Assembly: GCA_963724465.1 (NCBI GenBank)
Contig: CAVRUT010000009.1
Location: 66,424 to 130,423, forward strand
DNA from: an uncultured Acidobacteriota bacterium
GTDB taxonomy: Bacteria > Acidobacteriota > Thermoanaerobaculia > UBA5066 > Gp7-AA6
Direction of reading: 5' to 3'
DNA: 64,000 bases
Part shown: positions 1-10,119 of the stretch, piece after piece
How positions within the stretch are numbered: the first letter of the stretch is position 1
How the letters are laid out: each line of letters starts with the position of its first letter
The notes under the pieces: generated by a model
The model's database searches: none
Told to the model about the DNA's origin: nothing
What the model saw: only the letters and a program-made list of their open reading frames with translations
Made by a program: the position numbers and the translations under genes

Positions 1-1
1 C

Positions 2-574
2 CCCGAGGTCATGCGCACCCACGGCTACCACTGGTTCGACAAGGCCTGGATGGTGAACGAGACCCCGCCGAACCCGATCCGCAGGGAGGTCCTCCTCTAC
101 AACATGTTCAACACGCGCACCGAGGGCCACGCGACTTGCTGGGAAGAGCTCATGATGCAGGCCGGGATGTTCGACGCGCGGCCGCGTTCGCGCGAGCTCG
201 TGTACATCCTCGTCGCCCAGCGCGCCGCGCGGGCGCTCGGCGAGCTCTTCATGCAGGCAAACCTCCTGACCCTCGAGCAGGCCGCGGCCTTCGCCTGCGC
301 CAACACGCCGCGCGGCTGGCTGCGAATGAACGGAAACCTGGTCTTCTTCGAGCAGTACCTCTTCCTGCAGCAGCCCGGGTACGGGACGAGCTATCTGATC
401 GGCAAGATCGAGATCGAGAAGCTCCTGTCGGAGCGCAGGCAGCAGCAGGGCGACGCTTTCCGGATGCAGCTGTTCATGGACGACTTCAACTCCCGCGGTC
501 TCATCCCGGCGGCCCTGCTTCGCTGGGAAATGACCGGGCAGAAGTCGGACGAGCTCAAACGCATGTTGGAGTAG
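2..574 (+). CDS. DUF885 family protein, C-terminal part (5' end is upstream of the window)
   Basis: The frame is open from the window edge. The C-terminal block QQPGYGTSYLIGKIEIEKLL is typical of DUF885. Stop at 572-574. Confidence 0.6.
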   Translation, partial: PEVMRTHGYHWFDKAWMVNETPPNPIRREVLLYNMFNTRTEGHATCWEELMMQAGMFDARPRSRELVYILVAQRAARALGELFMQANLLTLEQAAAFACANTPRGWLRMNGNLVFFEQYLFLQQPGYGTSYLIGKIEIEKLLSERRQQQGDAFRMQLFMDDFNSRGLIPAALLRWEMTGQKSDELKRMLE

Positions 575-588
575 GGCGGAGAGGGCCC

Positions 589-2541
589 ATGAAGAGGCGT
601 CTTCTGGCGACCTGCGTTCTCCTCGTCGTCCGGCCGTTCGCGGTCGAAGCCCAGTTCGACGAAGAAAAGCTCGTCCGGGAGCACGCGAAGACCCTCGCCA
701 AGGACAGGGACGCGAAGGACCGCGCGGACGCGGCCCGCTGGCTCGGCGGCCGGAAGCAGACCGAGGCCGTCGCGGCCCTCGCGAAGGCGCTGTCGGACCC
801 GGACGCGTCCGTCCGCCAGGCCGCCGCCTCGGCGCTGTGGAGCACGGGAAAGGACGCGGTCGCCGCAAAGCCCGAGCTCGAGAAGGCGCTCGGCGACCCC
901 GTTGCGGCCGTCGTGGCTCGCGCCGCGGGGGCTCTGGCCTCGATGGGCGTGCCGGACGACACCCTGGCGGACGCCTGGCGCCGGGCGCTCAAGGGCTCGC
1001 ACGACGAGGCCACGGCGTTCGTGGCGGCGCGCGGCCTGATCGGGATCGACCCGCCCGAGACACTGGCCCCGCCCATCCTCGGCTACCTCGCCGGCAACGC
1101 GGAGGATGCGGCGCATCCGCGCCCCGGGCAATCGAGCCTCGCGGACCGGGACAGCGCGGAGGCCGCGGCAAGGGCACTCGAGCGTCTCCTGAAGGTGGAC
1201 CCGGCGCCCCTCCTGCCGCTGCTCGACCGGACGGTGACGAAGAGCCCGGAGTCCGGGCGGTACGTCCTCGGCGCTCTGGCGGCGGTCAAGAAGCTGCCGC
1301 CCGGGACGGTCGAGCTGGCGCTCGCCCACACGGGGTCGCCCGTAGCCGACACGCGCGAAGCCGCCATCGAGCTCGCGGGAAAGGTGAAGGCGGAGGGCGA
1401 GGCCGCTCGCTGGATTCCCGAGGCCATCCGGCTGCTCGGCGACCCCGACGAGGGCGTCCGGAACCAGGCGTGCTGGGCCCTGAGGGGCGTGAAGGGCCTG
1501 TCCTGGGAAGCGGCCCCGCAGCTGGCTCGTCTGGTGGCGAGCGATCCGTCGATGAGCGTCCGCAAGAGCGCCGCCGGCGCGCTCGAGGAGATTGGAGACG
1601 TCTCCAATCCCATCCCCAGAGCCGCCAAGATCTCGGTGGCCGCCGCCTCGCGGAGCGCCCTCGCCGCAGCGATGAAGGGCAAGGATCACGACCTCGCGGT
1701 CGAGGCGGTCGGCGCGTACAACGTGATGTACCTCGACACCGCCGAGATCGTCGCGACGCTCGCCGACGTAGCCGTGTCCGGCGCGGACGACGGCGCACGG
1801 CAGCGCGCGCTCCTGTGCCTGCGAAACCGGCAGAGTCAGGCAAAGAGCGCCGTCGAAACCATCCGGCCCCTGACGGCGTCGTCCGAGAAGCAGATCGCCG
1901 ACGATGCGAGGGTCGCCGTAGAGTGGATCGAACGCGGCGGCGCGGGCAGCCCGACCGCGATCAAGGCGCCGGCAAAACCAGCCTCGGTCTCCTCGTCCGG
2001 AAGCGAGGAGCGCGGCCTCGCGGCGCTGCGCGAGCGCAAGCTCGAGTTCGACGAGGACAGCTTCTTCCGCGCCCTGTCCCAGGCCGACCTCGAAGCCGTC
2101 CGCGCGTACCTCGACGCCGGCATGTCCGCGAACTACGTCTTCGTCGGCTCGAGCCGCCGGTCGCCTTTGATGATCCTGTTCTTCGTCGGAGCGGCCTGCG
2201 CCGCGCCGGAGACGGGCCACGCGATCGTCGCGCTTCTCCTGGACAGGGGCGCCGACGTCAACCAGCTGGACGACAACAAGAACACGGCGCTCATGTTCGC
2301 GGCGGACAAGTGCGACCGGCAGACGCTGAAGATGCTCCTGAAAGCGGGCGCGAAGCCGAACCTCAAGAACGGTTCGGGCCTGACGGCGCTCCAGATGGGG
2401 ATCTTCTCCGGCAATCCCGGGCTCGAGGAGCTGATCGCCGCCGGAGCGCGCCTGGATTCCGCGACGGCGAAGGCGTATGCCGAGGCCTATAAGAAGAACC
2501 CGAAGGCGCTGGCTCTCATCGAGAAGGCGACGGCGAAGTAA
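589..2541 (+). CDS. Secreted HEAT-repeat protein with C-terminal ankyrin repeats
   Basis: ATG at 589 is followed by a signal peptide (MKRRLLATCVLLVV). Repeated D/VR..AA.AL HEAT-like units follow. The C-terminus has ankyrin repeats (NKNTALMFAADKCDRQTLKMLLKAGAKPNLKNGSGLTALQ). Confidence 0.75.
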   Translation: MKRRLLATCVLLVVRPFAVEAQFDEEKLVREHAKTLAKDRDAKDRADAARWLGGRKQTEAVAALAKALSDPDASVRQAAASALWSTGKDAVAAKPELEKALGDPVAAVVARAAGALASMGVPDDTLADAWRRALKGSHDEATAFVAARGLIGIDPPETLAPPILGYLAGNAEDAAHPRPGQSSLADRDSAEAAARALERLLKVDPAPLLPLLDRTVTKSPESGRYVLGALAAVKKLPPGTVELALAHTGSPVADTREAAIELAGKVKAEGEAARWIPEAIRLLGDPDEGVRNQACWALRGVKGLSWEAAPQLARLVASDPSMSVRKSAAGALEEIGDVSNPIPRAAKISVAAASRSALAAAMKGKDHDLAVEAVGAYNVMYLDTAEIVATLADVAVSGADDGARQRALLCLRNRQSQAKSAVETIRPLTASSEKQIADDARVAVEWIERGGAGSPTAIKAPAKPASVSSSGSEERGLAALRERKLEFDEDSFFRALSQADLEAVRAYLDAGMSANYVFVGSSRRSPLMILFFVGAACAAPETGHAIVALLLDRGADVNQLDDNKNTALMFAADKCDRQTLKMLLKAGAKPNLKNGSGLTALQMGIFSGNPGLEELIAAGARLDSATAKAYAEAYKKNPKALALIEKATAK

Positions 2542-2562
2542 GCACGGTCGTCGCGCCGCGTC

Positions 2563-2775
2563 TCATTCGGGCTTCCGCTTCCCGTTGGTCAAGCCGTCCG
2601 CGTTGGCGAAGGCGCCCTCCCACGAATTTCCCCGGCCCCGGACGCTGACCTTTCCGAACCGTTTCGTCCCGACCTCGAACTGCCGTTCCCGGGAGTGGCG
2701 GGCAAAGCCGCGGGCGAAGAGTCCGCCCCATCTCCAGCGGGCCTCCTGCTCTGCCTGGTGAACCGTGAGTGCCAT
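2563..2775 (-). CDS. Small hypothetical protein (70 aa)
   Basis: ORF in an otherwise empty gap with GC3-biased codon usage. No family recognised and the RBS is weak. Confidence 0.35.
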   Translation of the reverse strand: MALTVHQAEQEARWRWGGLFARGFARHSRERQFEVGTKRFGKVSVRGRGNSWEGAFANADGLTNGKRKPE

Positions 2776-2823
2776 GAATACTTCTCTTTCTAGAACCTAT
2801 CATCATACCACCCCAGCGCAGGC

Positions 2824-3243
2824 CTACTCTTCGCCCCGGACCCGGCCGCGCCCGGCCTTGATTCGCGCGCGCTGGACTTTCGCAGCGATCCGCCGCTCGC
2901 GAGCGGCCCGGGTCGGCTTCGTCTTCCGTCGCGACTTCGGCCGCGCGGCCGCCTTTCGCACGAGCTCCACCAGCCGTTCGCGCGCCTCGGCGCGATTCTG
3001 GGCCTGAGTGCGATGCTCACGGCTGTCGATCACGAGCACACCGCTCGCGGTCATCCGGTTCCCCGCCAGGACCATCAGTCGCGCCTTCACGTCCTCGGGC
3101 AACGACGACGCGCCGATGTCGAACCGCAGCTCCACCGCCGTCGAGACCTTGTTGACGTTCTGGCCCCCGGGCCCCGACGCGCGCACGAACCGTTCTTCGA
3201 GTTCGTCCTCGCGGATCGCGATGGAGGGCGTGACGTGGAGCAT
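2824..3243 (-). CDS. arfB: Peptidyl-tRNA hydrolase ArfB (alternative ribosome-rescue factor, YaeJ)
   Basis: Starts at internal ATG 3243 (MLHVTPSIAIREDELEERF). It has the GGQ motif (SGPGGQNVNKVSTAVELRF) and a basic C-terminal tail. The upstream part of the tracked ORF is low complexity. Confidence 0.9.
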   Translation of the reverse strand: MLHVTPSIAIREDELEERFVRASGPGGQNVNKVSTAVELRFDIGASSLPEDVKARLMVLAGNRMTASGVLVIDSREHRTQAQNRAEARERLVELVRKAAARPKSRRKTKPTRAARERRIAAKVQRARIKAGRGRVRGEE

Positions 3244-3354
3244 CGGACACCTCGCTGCGGCCGGCTCAATATACCGGGCCGACGGCCCTCCGTGCACGAC
3301 CCTGGACTCCCGCGACACCGCTGTGGTCAGATCCCGCACAGATTGGAGGACTCG

Positions 3355-4617
3355 ATGGGACCGACGCGCAGATGGCTCTTTGGGCTCGCTCTGCTCGCCG
3401 CCGCCACGCTGCAGGCGCAGGTCGTCGCGATCAAGGCCGGCCGGCTGCTGGACCCGGCGTCGGGCGCGACGAGCCGCGATCAGGTGATCGTCGTCGAGGC
3501 GGGCAAGATCACCGCCGTCGGAGCGTTCGTGCCGATCCCGGGCAACGCCACGGTCGTGGACCTCTCGAAGAGGACCGTGATGCCGGGCCTCTTCGACACC
3601 CACACGCACCTCTGCCTCGGCTTGAAGACGCAGGGTGGCAACGGGCTACAGGCGCTGCTCCGGTCGCTCCTCGCGGCGACGGCGATCGAGACGACCGCCT
3701 ACCGCTCGATCCAGGGAGTCGCGAACGCGCGCGACATGCTCATGTCCGGGTTCACGACCGTGCGCGACGTCGGCAACGCCGGCAACTACGCGGACACCGC
3801 CCTGCGGCGCGGGATCGAGGACGGTCTCGTTCCCGGCCCGACGGTCGTCAACGCCGGTCGCATCATCGCGCCGTACGGCGGCCAGTACCACGGCCTTCCG
3901 CCCGAGCGCGCGGACATCGCGATTCCGGAATACCTTTACGCCGACACGCCCGACGAGATGCGCAAGGCAGTCCGCGAAAACATCGCGTTCGGGGCGAAGG
4001 TCATCAAGATCGTCGTGGACGATCAGCCCTATCTCTACTCGGTCGAGGACGTGCGCACGCTCGTGAAGGAGTCGGCCGCCGGCGGGATGAAGGTGGCGGC
4101 GCACTGCGGCACGGATGCCGGATCCCGCATCGCGGCCGAAGGCGGCGTCGCGTCGGTCGAGCATGCGTACACCGCGTCGAACTCGACGCTCGAGCTCATG
4201 AAGGCGAGGGGCGTCTACCTCGTCGGCACCGACTTCACCGAAATCGCGGCCCACGAGATGGGGATGGACGATTACCACCCGCGCGTCGTGGACCGCCTGA
4301 AGCGCGCCTACCAGATCGGTACGCCCGTCGCTTTCGGCACGGATGTCTGCTTCATCAAGGACGGGGAGACGCGCGGCACGCTCTCGATGGAGTTCATCAG
4401 CAGCTTCAAGGAGGCGGGTGTTCCGCCGAAGGCCATCCTCCAGGCGATGATCGTCAACGCCGCCCGCCTGTTGGGCATGGAGAAGGAGCGCGGCGCGATC
4501 GCACCCGGCTTCGCCGCGGACATCGTTGCGACGCCCGAGAACCCGCTCGATAACGTGGACACCCTGAGGCACGTCAGCTTCGTCATGAAGGACGGCCGCA
4601 TCGTCCGAAACGATTGA
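3355..4617 (+). CDS. Secreted amidohydrolase family protein (imidazolonepropionase / Xaa-Pro dipeptidase-like)
   Basis: Signal peptide MGPTRRWLFGLALLAAATLQA. It carries the metal-binding motif PGLFDTHTHL and the usual amidohydrolase C-terminal blocks. Confidence 0.85.
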   Translation: MGPTRRWLFGLALLAAATLQAQVVAIKAGRLLDPASGATSRDQVIVVEAGKITAVGAFVPIPGNATVVDLSKRTVMPGLFDTHTHLCLGLKTQGGNGLQALLRSLLAATAIETTAYRSIQGVANARDMLMSGFTTVRDVGNAGNYADTALRRGIEDGLVPGPTVVNAGRIIAPYGGQYHGLPPERADIAIPEYLYADTPDEMRKAVRENIAFGAKVIKIVVDDQPYLYSVEDVRTLVKESAAGGMKVAAHCGTDAGSRIAAEGGVASVEHAYTASNSTLELMKARGVYLVGTDFTEIAAHEMGMDDYHPRVVDRLKRAYQIGTPVAFGTDVCFIKDGETRGTLSMEFISSFKEAGVPPKAILQAMIVNAARLLGMEKERGAIAPGFAADIVATPENPLDNVDTLRHVSFVMKDGRIVRND

Positions 4618-4631
4618 CCGACACGCTTCGA

Positions 4632-5957
4632 ATGAGCTCGCGACTCTTCGGGCTTGCGCTCGCGGTCCTCCTGCCCGCCGCGACCCTCTCCGCCCAATCC
4701 ACTCCGACGCCGCCGACTCGGCCGACCCCCACCGCCGAAGCGAGCGCCGCCTCCTCGACCTCCGCCCCGACCGATTACCGTCTCTCCCCCGAGAAGCGCG
4801 AGGAGGCCATCGCCTACGCCCGCGCCCGCTACCGCCTCCACTTCGCCTCGTTCCTCTGGAGCGTCCTCGTCCTTCTCGCGCTCATCGCCCTGCGCCTCGG
4901 CCCGCGTTTCCGCGACGGCGCCGAGTCCGTCAGCCGACGCCGCTTCTGGCAGGCGGCCGTCTTCGTCCCGCTCCTCCTGATCACCCAGACCGTCCTCGAG
5001 TTGCCCACCGCCGCATACGGCCACCGGCTCGCGCTGCTCTACGGCCAGTCCGTCCAGACCTGGGGCTCGTGGCTCTGGGACCAGACCAAGGGCCTTCTCG
5101 TCGGCATCGTCATCGCGACCCCGCTCGTCTGGCTCCTCTACGCCATGCTGCGCAGGAGCCCGCGCCGCTGGTGGCTGTGGTTCTGGCTGGCGCTCCTGCC
5201 GATTCTCGTTTTCCTCATCTTCGTCGCGCCGCTCGTGATCGACCCCCTCTTCTTCCGATTCGAGCCGCTCGCACCCGCGCAGCCGGAGCTCGCGCGCGCG
5301 ATCGAGCGGGTCACCGTCCGCGCCGGCCAACCCATTGCGCCCGAGAAGATGTTCGTGATGAACGCGAGCTCGAAATACAACACCGTCAACGCCTACGTCA
5401 CCGGCCTCGGCGGTTCCAAGCGCGTAGTCGTGTGGGACACCACGATCGCGAAGGCGACGATCCCGCAGACCCTCTTCGTCTTTGGCCACGAGATGGGCCA
5501 CTACGTCCTGTTCCACGTCCCGAAGACGATCGCGTTCCTGTGGGCGCTCCTGTTCGCCCTGGCCGCTCTCGGAGCGTGGATCCTCGGCCACCTCTTCCGC
5601 GGTCCAGGCCGGTGGGGCATCCGGGGCCTCTCCGACTGGGCCTCTATGCCGGTCCTGCTTCTCTTCTTGACCATCGCCGGCGAGCTCGCGACGCCCCTCG
5701 TCAGCGGCTACAGCCGCAACCAGGAGCACCAGGCCGACATTTTCGGCCTCGAGGCCATTCACGGCCTCGTCCCCGACTCCCCGCGCGCCGCCGCGGAGGC
5801 GTTTCAGCTCCTCGGCGAGACCAACCTCTCCGATCCCGATCCCGGCCCCTTCATCACGTTCTGGCTCTACACCCACCCGCCCCTGGCCGAGCGCCTGCGC
5901 TTCGCGGCGCAGTACGACCCGTGGGGAAAGGGAGAGAAGGCGAAGTACGTGAAGTGA
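4632..5957 (+). CDS. M48 family (Ste24/HtpX-like) membrane metalloprotease
   Basis: HEXXH motif in FVFGHEMGHYVLFH, several TM segments, and a C-terminal THPPLAERL block. ATG 4632 is preferred over TTG 4614. Confidence 0.85.
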   Translation: MSSRLFGLALAVLLPAATLSAQSTPTPPTRPTPTAEASAASSTSAPTDYRLSPEKREEAIAYARARYRLHFASFLWSVLVLLALIALRLGPRFRDGAESVSRRRFWQAAVFVPLLLITQTVLELPTAAYGHRLALLYGQSVQTWGSWLWDQTKGLLVGIVIATPLVWLLYAMLRRSPRRWWLWFWLALLPILVFLIFVAPLVIDPLFFRFEPLAPAQPELARAIERVTVRAGQPIAPEKMFVMNASSKYNTVNAYVTGLGGSKRVVVWDTTIAKATIPQTLFVFGHEMGHYVLFHVPKTIAFLWALLFALAALGAWILGHLFRGPGRWGIRGLSDWASMPVLLLFLTIAGELATPLVSGYSRNQEHQADIFGLEAIHGLVPDSPRAAAEAFQLLGETNLSDPDPGPFITFWLYTHPPLAERLRFAAQYDPWGKGEKAKYVK

Positions 5958-6184
5958 GGGGCACGGTGGTCGGTCCGCCTCGAAGCGACGGCTATCGCAA
6001 AGCGCCCACGCCGGCCCCGACGGTGCCCCTGTCGTCGACATCGAGCCGGTGCTGAACTCGGAGACGTGAGGGGGCGCCTTCCCTTTCTCCCGGCGAGAGA
6101 GGGTTGGCTCGGCGAACGCGAGCGACGTCCGCATCGTCGTCGTGATAGGTTTTCGACAACACGAACCGTGACGCGCAGCGACGA

Positions 6185-7666
6185 ATGCGTGCCGCGGCTG
6201 TCGAATCGGTGATCAACGAGATGAACGGGATCAGCGGACTCCGAGGCGGCATCCTGGCTCTTGCCCTGGTCATCGCCACGCGACCCGGAGCCCTGCTCGC
6301 GAAGCAGACGACGCCGCCGGCGGGGCAAGCTCCGAAGTCCACCACGCCTGCGTCCCCGGCAACGAAGGACGGCTGGAGGGCGCTGAGCGACGAGGCGATG
6401 ACGCTCTTCAAGGACGGGAAGCTTGCGGAGGCGGAGTCTCTCCTGAAGCAATCCCTCGCGGAGGTCGAGAAGGAGCTCGGGCCCAAGAACCCGAACGTCG
6501 CCCGGATCTTGAACGAGCTGGCATACGTCGACAGCGCCCAGGGAAAATACCCAGAGGCGGAACCGCTCTTTCAGAGAGCAGTCGCGATCGTCGAGAAATC
6601 CCTCGGGAAGGACAACGCGAACCTCGCGTCCGTCCTTCGCGGTCTGGCATCGGCCTACGCGGCCGAGGGCAAGTACGCCGAGGCCGAACCCCTGTTCCGG
6701 CGGGCGCTGGCGATCGCGGAGAAATCCTACGGGCCCGACCACGCCAACGTCGCCGCCGTTCTGGCCGGCTACGCCGAGCTGCTGCGCAAGACGGGCAAAG
6801 CCGATGAAGCGGCTCAAATGGACGCCCGGGCGCGGAAGATCCGCGGCGAGCCTTCCGGTGACACCAGGAGCGCCGCGGCATCGCCCACGCCGGGAGCAAA
6901 GTACTCCGATCGGGGCTACGACGCGCGCGTCGCGTATCGCGACGGCGATTACGCTACCGCGCTGAAGTTGTTCCGGGAGCTCGCGGACGAGGGCGACGCC
7001 GGCGCCCAGGCCGCTCTCGGAGACATGTACATGGAAGGAAAGGGCGTGAAAGCCGACTCCGCGGAGGCCGCTCGCTGGTGGCGCAAGTCTGCCGATCAGG
7101 GCTTCGCCGGCGCGCAATTGAACCTCGGCGCCTGCTACGAGAGCGGATGGGGAGTGCCGAAGGATCCGGCCGAAGCTGTCCGCTGGTACCGCAAGGCGGC
7201 CGACCAGGGCGACGCCAAAGCGTACAAGTACATGGGAGACATGTACGCCAGGGGCATCGGGGTGCCGAAGGATCCGAAGGAGGCCCAGGCCTGGTACGAC
7301 AAGGCCCGCGCGACGGAAGGGGCCTGGGCGGCAGGCGGGTCCTTCCGGCCGCCCGGCGAAGGAAAGAGCACGAGCTCGAAGGACATGATGTCGCTCGGCC
7401 TGCGCGCCGTGGACCTCCAGGACGAGATCGGGATCCTCGAGTGGGCCGTCCCTAAGGGCGTCCGGGTCACGCTCGGCAGAGAGGAAGTCACGTCCGCAAA
7501 CGGAAACGAGGTTCTCGCCCGCCTCAAGGCCGAGCGGACCGAGGTGGACCGTACGATGGAGCAGATGGGGGCGAAAACGGTTGCCGGCGACTACGAGCTC
7601 ACGGAGCCGCCGAAGGCCAAGTGCAGGGTCTTCGGCCAGCGGCCGCTGCAGTATCCGGTGAAGTGA
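6185..7666 (+). CDS. TPR (TPR_12-like) plus Sel1-repeat protein
   Basis: Three KLC-like TPR units (YAEAEPLF.RALAI.EK..GPDH) are followed by Sel1 repeats (A.RWYRKAADQGDA.A...LG..Y..G.GV.KD). The start may instead be the internal Met at 6221. Confidence 0.8.
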   Translation: MRAAAVESVINEMNGISGLRGGILALALVIATRPGALLAKQTTPPAGQAPKSTTPASPATKDGWRALSDEAMTLFKDGKLAEAESLLKQSLAEVEKELGPKNPNVARILNELAYVDSAQGKYPEAEPLFQRAVAIVEKSLGKDNANLASVLRGLASAYAAEGKYAEAEPLFRRALAIAEKSYGPDHANVAAVLAGYAELLRKTGKADEAAQMDARARKIRGEPSGDTRSAAASPTPGAKYSDRGYDARVAYRDGDYATALKLFRELADEGDAGAQAALGDMYMEGKGVKADSAEAARWWRKSADQGFAGAQLNLGACYESGWGVPKDPAEAVRWYRKAADQGDAKAYKYMGDMYARGIGVPKDPKEAQAWYDKARATEGAWAAGGSFRPPGEGKSTSSKDMMSLGLRAVDLQDEIGILEWAVPKGVRVTLGREEVTSANGNEVLARLKAERTEVDRTMEQMGAKTVAGDYELTEPPKAKCRVFGQRPLQYPVK

Positions 7667-7902
7667 GCGTCGTCCAGACGAACAACGCCATAGAGCTGAC
7701 GGGAAAGGAGCTCTACGCGTGCGGCGTCGTGATCGGCAATCTCGTCGTCATGAAGGACCAGCAATGCGCAGGCACCTCGCCGGGCCGAATTCTCGCGGTG
7801 GCCTCGGACGAAGGCATCCGGGATTTGACCCTTCTCGAGTCGGCCGGCGCCTCCGGGTCGTGCAAGCTCGGCAACCTGGCACGCGTGCAGGGGTCGAACT
7901 AG
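7663..7902 (+). CDS. Hypothetical 79-codon ORF, or a frameshifted C-terminal extension of the TPR/Sel1 gene
   Basis: GTG at 7663 overlaps the upstream stop (7664-7666). No family recognised. Confidence 0.25.
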   Translation: MSVVQTNNAIELTGKELYACGVVIGNLVVMKDQQCAGTSPGRILAVASDEGIRDLTLLESAGASGSCKLGNLARVQGSN

Positions 7903-7936
7903 GCAGACGGGCGCTCCGTCTTGACGGCGGAGTGTT

Positions 7937-9469
7937 CTACGCTCCGCCTTCTCCTTCCTCCACCCACCCCCGCGTGCGCTCGACCGCTCGCTTCCAGCCC
8001 CTGAACGCCGACTCCCGCCGGTCGTCGTCCCACTCGGGCTCGAACGTCCGGTCGGCCTTCCAGAGCCGCCGCAGCTGGTCCGTCGACTCGAACGCTCCCA
8101 CGGCGAGCCCCGCCGCGTAGGCCGCGCCGAGCGCGGTCGTCTCGCTCACGACCGGGCGGACCACGGGGACGCCGAGCACGTCGGCCTGGAGCTGCATCAG
8201 GAAATTGTTGACGCTCGCGCCGCCGTCCACCTTGAGGACCGAGAGCGGCTTTCCGCTGTCGGCCGCCATCGCGTCGGCAACCTCTCGGCTCTGGAAGCAG
8301 ATCGCCTCGAGCGTTGCGCGCACCAGGTGCGCGCGGTTCGCGAATCGCGTCAGGCCCACGATGGCGCCGCGCGCCAGCATGTCCCAGTGTGGCGCGAAGA
8401 GACCCGAGAAGGCCGGCACGAAGTAGATGCCTCCCGAGTCGGCCACGCTCGCGGCAATCTCCTCCGTCTCGGCGGCGGTTCTGATCAGGCCGAGGTTGTC
8501 CCGCAGCCACTGCACCGCCGCGCCCGACACCGCGACCGAGCCCTCGAGCGCGTAGGCCCGCTCTCCGGGACCCGAGCAGGCCGCCGTCGCGAGCAGGCCG
8601 GAGGCGCTCGGGGCGGGGTTGCCGCCGACGTGCTCGAGCAGGAAGGACCCCGTCCCGTAGGTGTTCTTCGCTTCGCCCGGGGCGAAGCAGCCCTGGCCCG
8701 CCAGCGCGGCCTGCTGATCTCCGAGGTCGCCGCAGACCGGGATCCTGGTGCCGAAGGGACCATCCGCGCGTGTGTAACCGTAGGGCTCCTTCGCGATGGA
8801 CGGCCGGATCGCCGGCAGCGCGCCCCACGGCACGCCGAACCGCTCGAAGAGAACCGGATCCCACTGGAGCTCCGCGAGGTTGCACAGGAGGGTGCGCGAG
8901 GCGTTGGTCGGATCCGTCACGTGCGCGCCGCCGCGCGGACCGCCGGTCAGATTCCAGATCACCCAGGTGTCGATCGTCCCCAGCCTCAGGTGTCCGGAGC
9001 GGGCGAGCTCGCGAACCGCGGCGACGTTGTCGAGCAGCCACCGGATCTTGGTCGCGGAGAAGTAGGTCGAGATCGGAAGCCCCGATCGCCGGCGCACGTC
9101 CTCCTCCCACCCCCGGTCGATCGCCGCCCGGCAGTCCGCCGCCGTTCGCGTGTCCTGCCAGACGATCGCGTTCGCGGCAGGCCGGCCGTCGCGCGCGTCC
9201 CAGGCCACGACCGTCTCGCGCTGGTTGGTGATCCCGATCGCGAGCACGCGCCCCGGAGGCGCCGCCCGCATCGCCTCGAAGACGACCTCGTCCACGCGCT
9301 CCCGGATCTCGAGCGGGTCGTGCTCGACCCAGTCGGGCTGCGGAAAGATCTGCTCGTGCTCGCGGTAAGCCGCGGCGACTGGAGTCCCCTCGAGGTCGAA
9401 CAGAATGCAGCGAGTTCCGGTGGTCCCCTGGTCGATCGCCGCTACGTACTCGTGCATCGCGGGGGTCAT
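7937..9469 (-). CDS. glpK: Glycerol kinase
   Basis: Full-length FGGY kinase. N-terminus YVAAIDQGTTGTRCILFD, with characteristic GlpK blocks throughout (GAYFVPAF-like FSGLFAPHWD). Confidence 0.95.
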   Translation of the reverse strand: MTPAMHEYVAAIDQGTTGTRCILFDLEGTPVAAAYREHEQIFPQPDWVEHDPLEIRERVDEVVFEAMRAAPPGRVLAIGITNQRETVVAWDARDGRPAANAIVWQDTRTAADCRAAIDRGWEEDVRRRSGLPISTYFSATKIRWLLDNVAAVRELARSGHLRLGTIDTWVIWNLTGGPRGGAHVTDPTNASRTLLCNLAELQWDPVLFERFGVPWGALPAIRPSIAKEPYGYTRADGPFGTRIPVCGDLGDQQAALAGQGCFAPGEAKNTYGTGSFLLEHVGGNPAPSASGLLATAACSGPGERAYALEGSVAVSGAAVQWLRDNLGLIRTAAETEEIAASVADSGGIYFVPAFSGLFAPHWDMLARGAIVGLTRFANRAHLVRATLEAICFQSREVADAMAADSGKPLSVLKVDGGASVNNFLMQLQADVLGVPVVRPVVSETTALGAAYAAGLAVGAFESTDQLRRLWKADRTFEPEWDDDRRESAFRGWKRAVERTRGWVEEGEGGA

Positions 9470-9522
9470 CCTATCCGGCGGCCTTAGTCCGCGGGCGGAG
9501 TCCGTCGTAGAGTAGCCCTCGC

Positions 9523-9900
9523 ATGAGAGGCCGCTTCTCCAAACGTCTCCTCTCGCTCCTGGACGCCTCGCCGGCGCTCCGGATCCGCGCCGGCGCCGAC
9601 CATCGCTTCCTCGGCATCTGGGTCGTCGTCGTGAAAGGACGCGTCTTCGTGCGCCCGTGGAACGACGAGCCCGGAGGCTGGCGGCGGGCGTTTCTCGACG
9701 AGCCCGACGGCGCGATCCGGCTCGGCCCCGAGAAGCGCGAGATCCCCGTCCGCGCCCGGCCCGCCCGCGGCAAGCGCCTCTTCGATGCGGTCGACGCCGC
9801 CTATGCCATGAAGTACGTCACGAAGGGCTCGCAGAAATGGGTCCGCGGCTTCGCCACCCCGAGACGTCGAAAGACCACGATGGAGCTCCTGCCGGGCTGA
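9523..9900 (+). CDS. DUF2255 family protein
   Basis: About 125 aa with LRIRAG....FLGIWVVVVKGRVFVRPW and a C-terminal DAAYAMKY block typical of DUF2255. Confidence 0.6.
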   Translation: MRGRFSKRLLSLLDASPALRIRAGADHRFLGIWVVVVKGRVFVRPWNDEPGGWRRAFLDEPDGAIRLGPEKREIPVRARPARGKRLFDAVDAAYAMKYVTKGSQKWVRGFATPRRRKTTMELLPG

Positions 9901-9922
9901 CGGGGCCATTTCGCACTTAGAA

Positions 9923-10102
9923 TTGTGCAGCCTCGCCCGCATCCAGATCCCCACCGGCGAGCACGAGAAGGCGATCGACACTCTCGAGAAGCTCCTGAAG
10001 GTTCCGTACTACCTCACCCCCGCCTGGCTCAAGATCGACCCCAACTTCGAACCGCTGCACGGGAATCCGAGGTTTCAGAAGCTGGTCGCCGGGAAGGCGT
10101 GA
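9923..10102 (+). pseudogene. Orphan 3' fragment of a TPR-domain gene
   Basis: A start-less open frame reads ...GEHEKAIDTLEKLLKVPYYLTPAWLKIDPNFEPLHGNPRFQKLVAGKA*. This is the usual C-terminal end of TPR-tailed signalling proteins. No upstream body is present. Confidence 0.5.
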
Positions 10103-10119
10103 GGCTGCGGCGCCCGTGA

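Noticed and set aside
391-2220. Very long ORFs antisense to, or out of frame with, recognised genes. Examples: 391-2220, 4308-6134, 16740-18470, 25002-26819, 38540-40711, 61660-63420, 10075-10896.
   Set aside because: Their translations are Arg/Gly/Pro/Ala-rich low complexity with no recognisable motifs. Each is fully shadowed by a gene with clear family signatures. Stop-poor shadow frames are expected in GC-rich DNA.
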